A stretch of 64,000 nt of DNA from a virus (IMGVR_UViG_3300028549_000507:128001-192000), one strand, 5' to 3'; positions 38,227 to 50,126 are shown, counted from the first letter of the stretch. Numbers and translations are program-made. The notes: generated by a model not told the origin, from the letters alone.

Positions 38227-41200
38227 CTACACCAATCGACCAATCAAACTCCATTCCTTAGAGTTATCGCCAGATACATTAGCGACATCATTCGGATCTT
38301 TGTTAAGACTTGTTTTATTTGCAATAAATACATACGTATTTACTCCATTATGTCTAATAACGTTATTACCAATATAATATGTCACAGTAGAACTCCATGT
38401 TGAAGGCGTACCTTTAACATTCCAGTCAGCACCTAACCCCATTCTAACATTGTTATACACAGATGGATCTTTAATTGTCCAGAAATTGGCAGTATACCAA
38501 ACCCCGTTATAGAAAACCGTGTCACCAAGGTTGTATGGAGCACCTGCAATATAGTTAGATGTATACTTATAATTAGGAGTAAGAATACGTTCCCAGTCAG
38601 GACTTAAAGTAGATCCAACTTGCGGAATATTTCTAGTCCAATATTTAGCTCTATACACACCAAGAACTCCATCAACAATATGGAATACAATATATCTAAA
38701 TCCATCAGCATATTGATACTCCACGTACTGAGTATTATTAGTTCCAGATATGGATGCCGTATTGAAATTAAAGTTAACCTGAACATTTCCAGAATTAGTT
38801 CCATTCGGAGTATATATTCCGGTAGAAATATTATGAGGAATCATTGGTCCTATCTTAGTATATGTATTAGTGGTTGTACCACTCAATATTGTATCAAAAT
38901 TTGTTTCAGGATCAATCCCTATAATATTATTTACATTTATTCTGTATAGCCAATATCGTCCATCCCCCCCTTTTTTAATAACAAGTCCATCTGTTATCGA
39001 GTAGGTCTTGGAAGATAAATATTGGAAATCATATAATAACTTATCATCAGTTATAACATTTACGGTAATATTTGACGTAATCGACGTTAACGTATAATCA
39101 CTAACAGATCCCAAATCAATATTTGTACCATTAATATTAAGTCTAACATTCAAAATCGCTTTAGTAGTTGATACTGTTATTCTAAAATTATAATCCGAAC
39201 CAGGGGTCACATTTACAGTTGTACCTGTAACTAGTACATTTGATATATTTTTAATAGAGTAATCAGATCCACTACTACTAAATGTTATCGACACAGTCGA
39301 TACCTCAAATACAACAACATATGTTACATTTGCCGTTATATTTGTCAAATTATCAGTATGCCCAGCAGTATTTATACCAGTCATAGCAACACCATCTTTA
39401 GTAATAGATGCAATTTTATATCCGGAATTCGGTGTAAATACTACACTATTACTACTACCGTGATTAACAGATCCTGTACCGGTAACTGTTCCATTTGTCA
39501 ACGTTCCCGCCGAAATAGTATAAGTAGTAAGTTTAGTATCCATACTAATACCAACGTCACCGGAAATATTAGAAAAAGTGTTATCAATAGTAGCACTTGC
39601 TAATTGGGTACCCTTGGGATTTCCATTAGCCCCCATCAAGAATAAACCTTTGGTAGACGTAACGTGATCCTTAATGTATCCGGTATTAAATTTAAACTTA
39701 GCATAGAAACTACCGCCAGCATACACTGGAATAACTCTACAGTCATAATTTACAGAATTATAAACATGAACTCCTAATGCTCCAGAAGTTATATCAACAT
39801 CGGAAGCGTCAGTCCATACTCCATTAGGATTTGTAAATAATTTTACATTATATTTTATCTTTTCTTTAAATGCTATAGTGACTCTAAATTGACTAGAGTT
39901 TCTATAGTATATAGTATTACCGATCATATAAACGTCTCTAGTATTAGTAGAGTCGATAATTGTACCGGTAGATCCAACTCTGGCAGGGTCGGTAGAGTAT
40001 TGTCTAGTCGGGGTATACTGGTGATACATTGTCACATGATCTAACTCATAATTTGCATTAGGAGTTATTGTAAATGAAAAATAATCAATCAGATTATAAT
40101 GTCTCGTAGTCTGAACCAGGCTAGTAGTTCCATTGATAACTGAATCTGGGTAGATTGTATAATCGATACGAGCGGAAGTTGCATCTATTCTATATAAATC
40201 GTTAGTTCCTACAACAAACGTATAAGTCTTAACTCCCCAAGAATCACCAACGCTTACATCAGCAAACGCAGGACCTGACGCATCAATTGTATTTGTAATT
40301 TTTACATTTGTTACACTATAATAATCCAAATGAACAAACGAGGGTGTCAATGTTACAGTTACAGAAGTTCCCTCTTCTATCATAATATCTTTAACAGACG
40401 GATCTTGTCCGTTAATTGTGATAGTATGCTTTTGAGTAGAATTCTCATCAATCAACAATACTCTTCGTTTAGGTATAGGAATTAATTCTTGGTTAACCGT
40501 AACGGATTCATCGGAGGTTACATTTGTAAAATCAAATGTATATGCAGTAGTTCTTCCTCCAACAAAATCAACACGAGTTCTATTTGAAAATACTATAGAT
40601 GTCATTCTAGATCCAGGAGTTGGAGCAAATGACGCAGAAAATGTATTACCAAATCTAACCGTATGAGCACCATTACTAGTACCAACACTATTTCCAGACA
40701 CATTTATCGAATAATTAACTATTGCAACATCATCAGTTTCAACTAAGAACTTGCAATCTTCAATAATATTATCAACCGTAACTTTTACAAGTTTACCCGA
40801 TATAGGAACTGTTTCATTCACAGGGGTATTATTCGAGTACAATATTCTTATAACCGAATCATCCGGCCTTAACAATTTTACAGTTTTAACATATTTTGTA
40901 ATCGCCGGAGAAATCGTCATCTCAGGACTATCTTCTCCATAAAACAAATCATAGTATAGATTCGTGGGAGAAATAGAATGAGATGTAGGTGATCCCGAAA
41001 CCATAGTAAGTCTAACAGGAATTTTCTCACATAATGGCATTATAGTTTTGTTTGTAGTAATATTTATTATAGTGTGGTATATATTAGAAGTACTTACCAC
41101 AATCGATCCGTCTATAAGATATCCGGTAAGTCTATACCCAAGAGTCATAGTTACATCAAATGTTAACGAATTACCATATTCAACAATATTATTTCCCAAT

Positions 41201-44200
41201 GGAGATATTGTACAACCCTCATTATTTTGAGAATTAACCGTAAATACCCTGGTCACATATGATACAGTTATATTATAATTGGATCTAACATTTGTTATTG
41301 TTATAGTTTTACTAGCTTCATCAAAAACGTAAGTTCCACCTGTAACCGAGATAGTATCATATCGATATTTATCAATAGCACTTATCTGAAATGATAGATT
41401 GCTACCTTCATCTATTTCAAATGATCCTTCACCGTTATTCAATTCATCCACAGTACAATTGATAGCACTTACACTTATATAATGCTTTTCGGGCGGTATA
41501 ATAACAAATGATGCGGTAATAGTTATCGCAGAAATTACATTTGGAATAGTAATATTACCATTTGTAATTGCCTGAGATACTCCATTTATAACTATAGTGT
41601 TAAGTTTGTACCCAGCATCAGGAACAAGATTCAAATCAATACTATCACCATGCTCAACAGTAATTTTACCAGAAGAAATTGTATGCGAGTTAACATTGAT
41701 AGTTCCAAGTGGTACAGTAGGGATAGTTATCTCATATGTTTTCTTTGCACACGTCACTTCTAGGTAGATATTAGTATCACTTATAGTATAATCTTTATCG
41801 ACATTATAAAATGATATATCATTACCTTGTCTTATAATTCTACCATATATAGGATTTCTAAAATCCGAACCATCAATAAGACTAAGGTATCCCAACCCAG
41901 TCTGAGCTCTTACTGTATATTCTGGTTTAAAACCTTCCAATACTTGTATATTAAATGATTTAAAACTATCTTTATTTATAACAAATTCGCCAACTTCCAT
42001 ATTATAACCAACACCAGAGAATGTTGTTACTTTATATGGAGTTAATGGAATTTCTTCAATATTGAAGATTATATTATAAGCCATCTTGATATCTGATATT
42101 ATAAGTCTATTTGTCAAAATAGTTATATTCCCAGAACTGGCTGTGTATATCGTTCCATTTATACTTATATTCTTTACAGCATTTCCGAATTTAGGATCCA
42201 AATATATCTCTATACTAGAATCTTCTGTAAGACGATTGTTACTCAGTCCGGTTGGTTCTGAAATATAGTTTAGCATCAGTATATCAGAAACACTCAATGT
42301 CAGATCATATTTAGCTTTAGGGATTACTATTAAATCTATGGAAATATGAGTATCTTCCATTATATTCTCTAATATAAATAGATCAGTAATGAAATTTATT
42401 TTAGAGTTATCTAAAAGTTGACCATTTACATAAATTTTTTCAAGATAATATCCGTCGTCAGGAATTACCTTATAAGTCAAATTTTGACCAGGCAATACAT
42501 ATCTTGTAACAAAGTTTTCAATACTACCATTAGAAACACTAGCAGTAACTTCATACATTGAAACATTATCAACCTCCGTAACGATATCTATGATAATATC
42601 AGACGTAACATTTTCAAGATATATATTGTCGGATATAGGTTTATTAAAACCATTAACCATTATTGACGTTATAGAATATCCAAGTTCAACCTGTACCTTT
42701 ACATCCATATTCCCACCATCAATGACATTGAATTCATTTTTTGGGAATACTATGAAATTGGAACCATTAACTTTAACATTCCAATATTTAAACTCATCAA
42801 CAGATATCGATGCTTGATTAAATAATGATGTTTGGTTATCATATTCTTTAACTACACTTCCGAAAATATTCTCAGAGTCAGCCTTTGACACGTGTTTTAT
42901 AGTCAATTCGTCAAATTCAAAATTATCAAGTATCTCAGTTTCAATTGTGATAATTCCGGAGAAATCATCAGGAATACTAAAGAATGTGCCATTTATACTC
43001 AATAATGAATTAGTGGACGGTTGAACATTCACATTATTCAGAAGTAAAGATAATGCATTAGGAATAATTTTACTTTGAATAGAACCATTTGTATCTACAT
43101 TATCATAACAGAATGGTATAATTGCTCTATCGAGTATACTCAAATCCTTAGATTTTGTTATAGAGTAATCTTCCATATCATTGTATTCAAGATTACTTCT
43201 CATATAGAATATATTATTACCCGAATACATCCCACATTTTCCAATTTCACGTATAATGTAATCAGGAATTTTCATAGTATTCAATCTAAACTCTACATCA
43301 TTTACTTTAGAGTAAATATATACAGTAGTCTTATAACAGGCTGTAGAATTATCTAGCTTACAATATGATTTTATAAACGCATCATTTTCAGCTATAAGCT
43401 CATTTATTGTATATTTTCTAACGAGAGAAGAATCTCTTAATTCAACATTACTTATATTCAATTTAGTAGATTCATTTGAAGTTATCCGAATATCATTACC
43501 ATCGGTTAGTCTTGAATTTTTCAATTTCATATTAGTATTTTCAACTGTCGAAATATCAAACCCAACGTGATCTATAATATTTGACACATTTGAATAATCT
43601 ACAAGTTCAAAACTATCTCTAAATGTTATAGAGTTATCTCTAAACGAAGCATATATCTCAGTATCAACAACAAACTTCAATATAGAATCTGTTGCAATTC
43701 CCGGGATAGAACTATCTCTGCCAAATGAATTAGTAACTTCAAATAAACCAGACTCACTAGGTATTATTCCTGAATATGAGAAGTCTATTATATCATGTAT
43801 TTCAGAGTTTTTACCATAGAATGTATCAATAGAAATATCTTCTACATAAAGATATATGAAATCTTTATCATATTTCAATCCGAGTTTAATAGATGGTTCA
43901 AATTTACCATTATCAGAACTCTTCAATATATATGACACATCGATAGTATTTATAAGATCATCAGTTATACATATAGTACCGTAAAATCTCTTAGTGAAAT
44001 TTGAAAAGTTACCAGATGAAATTACCAATGTATTTCCATCGTAAACTTTCAACGATTGGTCTTTGGAATTTATCTTAAAAGAAAAATCTAAAGAGTATAC
44101 ATATTTGTCTCTTTCGATTTTTAAACATTTGGAGTAATTCAACTCTTTATCAAACATCTTTAACATTATCCCCTTAGTTCCACCGGAGATACTATGTATA

Positions 44201-44688
44201 TTCAAACTATTTATAGAGGATAAGTTTAGAGATACCATATTAGAAAAATCTCTTATAGAACTTCTAAGAATAGAATCATCATCTATGAAATTAAAATTTG
44301 GAAGATTCTCCGAAACAATGATAGGTTGATCTATATTTGATAGATACCCCATAACTCTATCTTTGTTTCTACTTGCAAATGCGGGACTATCACCACGATA
44401 TCTATCCATCAATACCGAGAGACCTTCGAGTGCTGAGAAACTATTTACAAATATATTTATAGCATCCGTATTTAGGGATTTGTGATTATTTATAAATGAT
44501 ATAGTGTCTGCTACTATAGAATTTATATCAAAATTTATAAGATCTCCGAGGATATTTGACTTATAATTACCTATGCGATTTAGAGCATCATCGAACTTCT
44601 GCTCTATCACATCTATCTCGTGACTAATACGAGTTCCAGAATGGATTAACTCGGATTCTTCACTTTTGAGTTGAAGATTTGTACTCAT
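38227..44688 (-). CDS. Giant tail-fibre/adhesin with many InlB B-repeat-like (Flg_new) modules and C-terminal carbohydrate-binding modules
   Basis: Repeated ...G.s.tf.i.P..GY.l..i.vnG units; C-terminal PYNLGDTVFYNGVWY and WSSTVTYYIGNNVIRHNG (CBM5/12-like). Start set at 44688 (GAGG RBS). Confidence 0.75.
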   Translation of the reverse strand: MSTNLQLKSEESELIHSGTRISHEIDVIEQKFDDALNRIGNYKSNILGDLINFDINSIVADTISFINNHKSLNTDAINIFVNSFSALEGLSVLMDRYRGDSPAFASRNKDRVMGYLSNIDQPIIVSENLPNFNFIDDDSILRSSIRDFSNMVSLNLSSINSLNIHSISGGTKGIMLKMFDKELNYSKCLKIERDKYVYSLDFSFKINSKDQSLKVYDGNTLVISSGNFSNFTKRFYGTICITDDLINTIDVSYILKSSDNGKFEPSIKLGLKYDKDFIYLYVEDISIDTFYGKNSEIHDIIDFSYSGIIPSESGLFEVTNSFGRDSSIPGIATDSILKFVVDTEIYASFRDNSITFRDSFELVDYSNVSNIIDHVGFDISTVENTNMKLKNSRLTDGNDIRITSNESTKLNISNVELRDSSLVRKYTINELIAENDAFIKSYCKLDNSTACYKTTVYIYSKVNDVEFRLNTMKIPDYIIREIGKCGMYSGNNIFYMRSNLEYNDMEDYSITKSKDLSILDRAIIPFCYDNVDTNGSIQSKIIPNALSLLLNNVNVQPSTNSLLSINGTFFSIPDDFSGIITIETEILDNFEFDELTIKHVSKADSENIFGSVVKEYDNQTSLFNQASISVDEFKYWNVKVNGSNFIVFPKNEFNVIDGGNMDVKVQVELGYSITSIMVNGFNKPISDNIYLENVTSDIIIDIVTEVDNVSMYEVTASVSNGSIENFVTRYVLPGQNLTYKVIPDDGYYLEKIYVNGQLLDNSKINFITDLFILENIMEDTHISIDLIVIPKAKYDLTLSVSDILMLNYISEPTGLSNNRLTEDSSIEIYLDPKFGNAVKNISINGTIYTASSGNITILTNRLIISDIKMAYNIIFNIEEIPLTPYKVTTFSGVGYNMEVGEFVINKDSFKSFNIQVLEGFKPEYTVRAQTGLGYLSLIDGSDFRNPIYGRIIRQGNDISFYNVDKDYTISDTNIYLEVTCAKKTYEITIPTVPLGTINVNSHTISSGKITVEHGDSIDLNLVPDAGYKLNTIVINGVSQAITNGNITIPNVISAITITASFVIIPPEKHYISVSAINCTVDELNNGEGSFEIDEGSNLSFQISAIDKYRYDTISVTGGTYVFDEASKTITITNVRSNYNITVSYVTRVFTVNSQNNEGCTISPLGNNIVEYGNSLTFDVTMTLGYRLTGYLIDGSIVVSTSNIYHTIINITTNKTIMPLCEKIPVRLTMVSGSPTSHSISPTNLYYDLFYGEDSPEMTISPAITKYVKTVKLLRPDDSVIRILYSNNTPVNETVPISGKLVKVTVDNIIEDCKFLVETDDVAIVNYSINVSGNSVGTSNGAHTVRFGNTFSASFAPTPGSRMTSIVFSNRTRVDFVGGRTTAYTFDFTNVTSDESVTVNQELIPIPKRRVLLIDENSTQKHTITINGQDPSVKDIMIEEGTSVTVTLTPSFVHLDYYSVTNVKITNTIDASGPAFADVSVGDSWGVKTYTFVVGTNDLYRIDATSARIDYTIYPDSVINGTTSLVQTTRHYNLIDYFSFTITPNANYELDHVTMYHQYTPTRQYSTDPARVGSTGTIIDSTNTRDVYMIGNTIYYRNSSQFRVTIAFKEKIKYNVKLFTNPNGVWTDASDVDITSGALGVHVYNSVNYDCRVIPVYAGGSFYAKFKFNTGYIKDHVTSTKGLFLMGANGNPKGTQLASATIDNTFSNISGDVGISMDTKLTTYTISAGTLTNGTVTGTGSVNHGSSNSVVFTPNSGYKIASITKDGVAMTGINTAGHTDNLTNITANVTYVVVFEVSTVSITFSSSGSDYSIKNISNVLVTGTTVNVTPGSDYNFRITVSTTKAILNVRLNINGTNIDLGSVSDYTLTSITSNITVNVITDDKLLYDFQYLSSKTYSITDGLVIKKGGDGRYWLYRINVNNIIGIDPETNFDTILSGTTTNTYTKIGPMIPHNISTGIYTPNGTNSGNVQVNFNFNTASISGTNNTQYVEYQYADGFRYIVFHIVDGVLGVYRAKYWTRNIPQVGSTLSPDWERILTPNYKYTSNYIAGAPYNLGDTVFYNGVWYTANFWTIKDPSVYNNVRMGLGADWNVKGTPSTWSSTVTYYIGNNVIRHNGVNTYVFIANKTSLNKDPNDVANVSGDNSKEWSLIGRLV

Positions 44689-44720
44689 TAACAACCTCAC
44701 GATTCATTTAATAATGTTAC

Positions 44721-44732
44721 CATTTAAATGTT
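44721..44732 (-). promoter_or_regulatory. Late-type promoter AACA-N6-TR
   Basis: Minus strand AACA TTTAAA TG. Confidence 0.6.
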
Positions 44733-44742
44733 TCGATATCAA

Positions 44743-44754
44743 AACATCTTATTG
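44743..44754 (+). promoter_or_regulatory. Late-type promoter AACA-N6-TR
   Basis: AACA TCTTAT TG, divergent from the 44721 site. Confidence 0.6.
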
Positions 44755-44783
44755 ATAACAATTATAATCAATAGGCGGATAAT

Positions 44784-46457
44784 ATGGAATATGAAAGATA
44801 TGAAGGATTGCAAGATAACGGCTCCTATGTATTTGAAGAAGAAGTTAAATTACGTTTAAAAAATCTAGAACTATCAATCCCCTCCTCCGACAGTATTATA
44901 GATGATTTAAATGATATTAAAAAGTATACAAAAGATAAACATGAGGAATTGCTAACTTTACTTAGTAACTTTCCAAAATCAAAAATGCATGTTAGAAGAA
45001 TTATAAAAGAAGGTCTAACTGCATCATCAAGATTATATATACACGATGCAAAATTAAACTCCGACTTGGAGTTTAAAAATTCTAGTTCAGGAATCATGAA
45101 AACAAATGATGGATCCGCAATTATTACAGGTGGCCGGTTTGTATTTGCAAGTGATACTAAGATATATAATTTATTCGATGTAATAGAAAATTCAACATTC
45201 AAATTGACGATTTCTACCCCAATGAGTACATTCAAAGGAATAGTTTCAGTAGGAATTACAAATGGACAATATCTTTCACAAATATTCTTTGCAGATAGTA
45301 ATGAATGTTCTATAAAAGTTCCTTTTAAGATATATGCATATTTTAAAAATTATGCAAGTGAGCCTGATAGAGTAACTATTGGAGTATCATATAATACAAA
45401 TCAGATGCTCGACAATGAATCTGTCACATACTCGTCAATACTTCCATTATATTATGAGGTTCAACCGATATTCGGAAGAGTTAATGGTTTACACTTATCA
45501 TTTGATAATTCAAAACAAGTCGTATATAGGGAAGATTTATACCTCATTGGTATGGGTGATTTGACAAATTGCGGTCACGGTCCTATAGATATAGACTATA
45601 TCACAGAGAAACCTATATCTCCTCAATACTATAGATCTGGATATACTGATGAGGCTGTCACCGATCTAAAGAAATATAGAAGTAATACAAATTCTAAAGT
45701 TTTGAGATTTAAAGTTGTTCCACAAGATATGAATTCCGAGTTAGCTGACTCTCATGTATTAAGAGCTACATTCGGAAATTCTAATTTTGATATGTATAAC
45801 TTAATGAAAAGCGTATATGATTTTTCCACAAATGTATATTACAAATGTACAGGAATCATTGTTGTTGATGGAAATATAATACCCGTAATAGGGTTTAAGT
45901 TATCACATTCATTGGGTAAAGTTTCATTTAAAATTTCGGAAACTTATAAATTAAAAGTGAAAACTTTAAATATAAGTAACGGACTTACTCAAGGGAAAAT
46001 TCAACCAAACATAGATTTTAGAACAAATATAAAATCACCAGTATCATTAGATCCGGGTGGGATGTTTGGTGACGTGAATATTAATGCGATTGGTAAGTCT
46101 TTCCTTCATAGAAATTATAGAAATAGCTTAGAGTACAATCTTTCTCTAGTAGATATTAATATAATACTAGAGGATTCAGGTAGTCTTCTTTCTAAGTTTG
46201 GAAATCGTAAAGGTGCCAACTTTAGATATAGTGGAGATTTTGATAGATATAATTATAATTTCGACATGCATGATCACGACTCATATCCATATCCAGGAAG
46301 TGATAGAGATATAAATGATGACCTTAATGCATATGTTGAAATTCCATCATTAAATCCAGAAGCACTAACCCTTTCAGATATAGATTCTGATGGGTATCTT
46401 ACATGGACTGATGATGAGGATGATTTTATAACATTTACTAGTAACAAAGTTAAATAG
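44784..46457 (+). CDS. Putative virion (tail/baseplate) protein
   Basis: 557-aa ORF between a late-type promoter and the tail-fibre gene. Confidence 0.6.
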   Translation: MEYERYEGLQDNGSYVFEEEVKLRLKNLELSIPSSDSIIDDLNDIKKYTKDKHEELLTLLSNFPKSKMHVRRIIKEGLTASSRLYIHDAKLNSDLEFKNSSSGIMKTNDGSAIITGGRFVFASDTKIYNLFDVIENSTFKLTISTPMSTFKGIVSVGITNGQYLSQIFFADSNECSIKVPFKIYAYFKNYASEPDRVTIGVSYNTNQMLDNESVTYSSILPLYYEVQPIFGRVNGLHLSFDNSKQVVYREDLYLIGMGDLTNCGHGPIDIDYITEKPISPQYYRSGYTDEAVTDLKKYRSNTNSKVLRFKVVPQDMNSELADSHVLRATFGNSNFDMYNLMKSVYDFSTNVYYKCTGIIVVDGNIIPVIGFKLSHSLGKVSFKISETYKLKVKTLNISNGLTQGKIQPNIDFRTNIKSPVSLDPGGMFGDVNINAIGKSFLHRNYRNSLEYNLSLVDINIILEDSGSLLSKFGNRKGANFRYSGDFDRYNYNFDMHDHDSYPYPGSDRDINDDLNAYVEIPSLNPEALTLSDIDSDGYLTWTDDEDDFITFTSNKVK

Positions 46458-46467
46458 GAGATATCTA

Positions 46468-49400
46468 ATGATTAAAAGTAATTTAATGAGTAAAGCTATA
46501 GCTTCCTCAATTGGTTTGGAAGATTGGCTATACGTTGTGTTGGGAGATGATAATCTCGCAACAAGAGATAAACGTATACAGTTTAAAGATATAGAAAAAT
46601 CTATCCTCGGAGAAGGTTCGGTTACTTTAACCGAACTTAAAAACGATGATATGTTTTATATTGTAAAAACTTCTGACAATAATCTTAGAACCAAGGTTAA
46701 TGTTGGAACTATTATCGAAAAAGCAATTTCAAAGTATGATGCTGCAAATAAAGCTTTCGATGATGCAGATACGATAATCGTTGTAGATAAAGATCTTGCG
46801 GAAGATAGAAGATTCCAAATTAAAATAGGAGATCTTAGAAAGAGTTTCGAAGATGGAATGGCAAATCCACATTTTAGAACATTGGCTGTTGGGGCTGTTG
46901 AAGATACTCTTGTAAAATTCTTACAGGTAGATATCGATGGTAACCTTACTATTGGAGAGGGGAGTGCTGGATCTCCGTATATGAAATTTATTCGGGATGA
47001 TGGAATAAATATTAATGATTTCGAAATGTTCAAGGGTAATCTTATTATCAAATCCGGATCTACTACAGGCACGAAACCGTCTGGCTTTTTCCAAATCGAT
47101 ACAGCTAGTACAAATGCTACAACAATGTATCTTGAAAATGAAACCGATTTTTCTAAAACAACCGCAGTTGTCAATGATTATGGATTTAACGTCACAAATA
47201 TTACCAACTCTGGCACATTTATTACGAAGGGACACTCTAAACTTGGAGCATATTCATTGACGTTCTCTTCATTTGATGTTTTGAACTCAAATAATAGTGT
47301 TAGTAATAATTTTATCATAAGTAATACTCCAAAATTCATATCCATATCGGTTGGATCAAATGATCCATTGAGATATAAAGGTGAGTATAATTCGATAGCA
47401 AATGGAACACAACTCTATGCTGGTGACGTTGTTCGCTATAACGGACATTACAGATGTGCAAGAATAGACCTAATTAGAAATGGTTCAGCAACATTGCCCG
47501 GAACTAGTATGGATACATATTGGTATGGGTATGAGCAATTTGTATATTTCCAAACAGCTTCCCCGAAGTTTACGGTTGATAATTTTGGAGTTGCAAAATT
47601 TCAAAACTTCACAATTGACAATTATAAAGTTCCTAATGAATTTTCCATAATTGAATTGGATTCTACTGACAATCTCGAAGGATATCAGTTGGCAGATTGG
47701 AATTCTATCCTTGTGGGTGATAATTTCTATAAATATAATGTTTTTCTTTCTAATAATTCATATTGGCAATCGACGAATGCGAATGTAGGATTATATGGAT
47801 CAATACAGAAATTACCATCTACACCTGCCCCAGGGATGGGTTCTGGGGTATGGGCTCGAATCGAAGTTACTAATAAAAGATCTTTTGTAGTTACAAAAAC
47901 CGATGTTAGAACTGGTATGAAGTTTACTGCTATAGAGGGTATACCGTTTGATCAGTATAATGTCAGTACTTCAGGATTCGCATCAACATTGTCTCCTAGA
48001 TCATTGGAAATAATTTCCGGATCGCGTTGGATGGGAAATTTTGATTTAACTAAAATTACATCAAATAGTATCGAGATGAAACAATTCATCGGGAATGCTA
48101 CTGTTGAGACTCGTAGTTCTGGAATACTTTCTATAGGTAGAACTCTAATAAAACTGGAGTCTGAGGGTGATTTTTATGGAACTGGTGGAATATCGTATCA
48201 CATTTCTTCAAAAACTGATAACGTTATTGATGGAAAAAAATATAGTAGCGGATTCGTTGCTAGATCCGGATTCTATGATGGTGTAGATAGTAATGGGGTG
48301 CGTAGAGTATTTGGTGAAGTTCAACATGATAGCAGCGGAATTCGTTTTAGACATAGTAATACATCCGGAACAACATTTGTCATGGATGCACTGCTTCACT
48401 ATGGTGGATTTACATTATATAATGATAATACAAATGTTAAAATTTTAGACATTCTTAACAAATATAATTGTGGTAATGTTGGAATATTCAACTCGGATGG
48501 TAAATCATTTGGTGAATTTGGTGGGGATGAGTATGCTGGAGGATTCTTAGTTCTATCATCTAAGAAAGCTGCTGAGGATTTTAGTAGAACATTCTTAGAT
48601 ACTCGAATATATACTATAACTGACAATGAGGATGCGTCCGGTGCCGCGATTAGAATGTTTGGCGGAATAGGAACTAAAAATACAGACGCACTAGTACCAT
48701 ATAAAACATCTAAAGAATATTTTAAAGATGACCTTGTTGCAGGATATGATGAATACGGCGAACCTACATATGCTATTTGTACGGCCACAAGTCTTCAATC
48801 TTCTACAGATGATATTAATGAAGCCGGATGGTCTATCGTAACAATTGTTGATTATAATACCAAATTTATCGGAATAGGCGAGGATGGTCAGGTTTTACCA
48901 GGAAATTATGGTCCTACAGCTAATAAACTTTACTTATATAATGGTAAATTGTATAGAGCATTACTCCCAGCAGGTACAACTTATGGATATACGAGAGTTG
49001 TAGATAATACATACACTGTTATGAATGAATGGTGGTATCTGCAAAATCTACCGGGGAATAGTCCACTTTCTTGGGAAACTCTTGCTAAATGGGAAATTGA
49101 AGAATATCCTTCCATAGTATTAACTACTAGAAAAAATGATGTATTAACAAATATACCATATGATAATGAGTCTGAGTCGGATGGTACTGGTTATGGTGGA
49201 AATGGTATATTTAAAATATACGCATCGAATAATGGTGGTAAAACTTCTAAACGATTGGCATTTAGTATTCATAAAAATACATTAGCATTGTATGATTACA
49301 GTATGCCTGTTGATGGTTATAGACAAAATCTTATAACTATCTCAGGAATGTATAGATATGGAAGTAATGGATTAGAAGGTGATACTACTACTCGTGATAA

Positions 49401-50112
49401 AGAGATTTTTTCCGGTATAAGTGTTTATTCTAGAGGTATGGAAGAACATGTGACTTTTAGAGTTCCATTATATGATAAAGTTCATAATCCTAAAGCAGAT
49501 CCGGTATTATATATCGAACCCGAAAGTTATAATTGGGAACAGGGCGCGTTTGGCGGATATAAGAATGGAGAATCAGTAGTTTTACAAATCAAACGAAATG
49601 CAACTTCTCAATACGATGGTGTCGATGGAACATGTAATCTAACTGTTGATGATTTTTTCCGTATCGAATCGGTTTCCAAAATAACTGAAAATTATATTAA
49701 AATCTACACTATATCAGATTTTACAGCAAGAACAGATAATGGTAAGGCGTTTAGTAACATAAGTGAATTTAGATGTAATATTAGAAAGGATCTAGGTCAA
49801 CGTTATTTTCAAATGGAGATCGAATTCAATTATAATACCATTTCAGGATTCTTAGCCCCTGCTACAGGTTATGGTACATTTATAAATTTGATGAGATTTG
49901 ATAAGGTTAATGAAATGATTAAAACTAGCGATAGTATACTAGGATCATGGGCGGTTTTGGATAGTGTAAACCATTCGACCCCATATGGAAACGGGTGTAA
50001 TCTATCTGGGATTGCTGTTATGGATAACAGTGGTCACATTGTATTAACTTCAAGTTCTGCCATACCCGGCTTCCCTAATTACGGAACGTTGGTTGTACAA
50101 TTTAACACATAA
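46468..50112 (+). CDS. Tail fibre protein
   Basis: 1214 aa; N-terminal shaft-like repeats; Gly/Asn-rich beta repeats; CBM-like modules (YKGEY...YAGDVVRYNG; YKTSKEYFKDDLV). Confidence 0.7.
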   Translation: MIKSNLMSKAIASSIGLEDWLYVVLGDDNLATRDKRIQFKDIEKSILGEGSVTLTELKNDDMFYIVKTSDNNLRTKVNVGTIIEKAISKYDAANKAFDDADTIIVVDKDLAEDRRFQIKIGDLRKSFEDGMANPHFRTLAVGAVEDTLVKFLQVDIDGNLTIGEGSAGSPYMKFIRDDGININDFEMFKGNLIIKSGSTTGTKPSGFFQIDTASTNATTMYLENETDFSKTTAVVNDYGFNVTNITNSGTFITKGHSKLGAYSLTFSSFDVLNSNNSVSNNFIISNTPKFISISVGSNDPLRYKGEYNSIANGTQLYAGDVVRYNGHYRCARIDLIRNGSATLPGTSMDTYWYGYEQFVYFQTASPKFTVDNFGVAKFQNFTIDNYKVPNEFSIIELDSTDNLEGYQLADWNSILVGDNFYKYNVFLSNNSYWQSTNANVGLYGSIQKLPSTPAPGMGSGVWARIEVTNKRSFVVTKTDVRTGMKFTAIEGIPFDQYNVSTSGFASTLSPRSLEIISGSRWMGNFDLTKITSNSIEMKQFIGNATVETRSSGILSIGRTLIKLESEGDFYGTGGISYHISSKTDNVIDGKKYSSGFVARSGFYDGVDSNGVRRVFGEVQHDSSGIRFRHSNTSGTTFVMDALLHYGGFTLYNDNTNVKILDILNKYNCGNVGIFNSDGKSFGEFGGDEYAGGFLVLSSKKAAEDFSRTFLDTRIYTITDNEDASGAAIRMFGGIGTKNTDALVPYKTSKEYFKDDLVAGYDEYGEPTYAICTATSLQSSTDDINEAGWSIVTIVDYNTKFIGIGEDGQVLPGNYGPTANKLYLYNGKLYRALLPAGTTYGYTRVVDNTYTVMNEWWYLQNLPGNSPLSWETLAKWEIEEYPSIVLTTRKNDVLTNIPYDNESESDGTGYGGNGIFKIYASNNGGKTSKRLAFSIHKNTLALYDYSMPVDGYRQNLITISGMYRYGSNGLEGDTTTRDKEIFSGISVYSRGMEEHVTFRVPLYDKVHNPKADPVLYIEPESYNWEQGAFGGYKNGESVVLQIKRNATSQYDGVDGTCNLTVDDFFRIESVSKITENYIKIYTISDFTARTDNGKAFSNISEFRCNIRKDLGQRYFQMEIEFNYNTISGFLAPATGYGTFINLMRFDKVNEMIKTSDSILGSWAVLDSVNHSTPYGNGCNLSGIAVMDNSGHIVLTSSSAIPGFPNYGTLVVQFNT

Positions 50113-50126
50113 TATTGAATTTTTAA

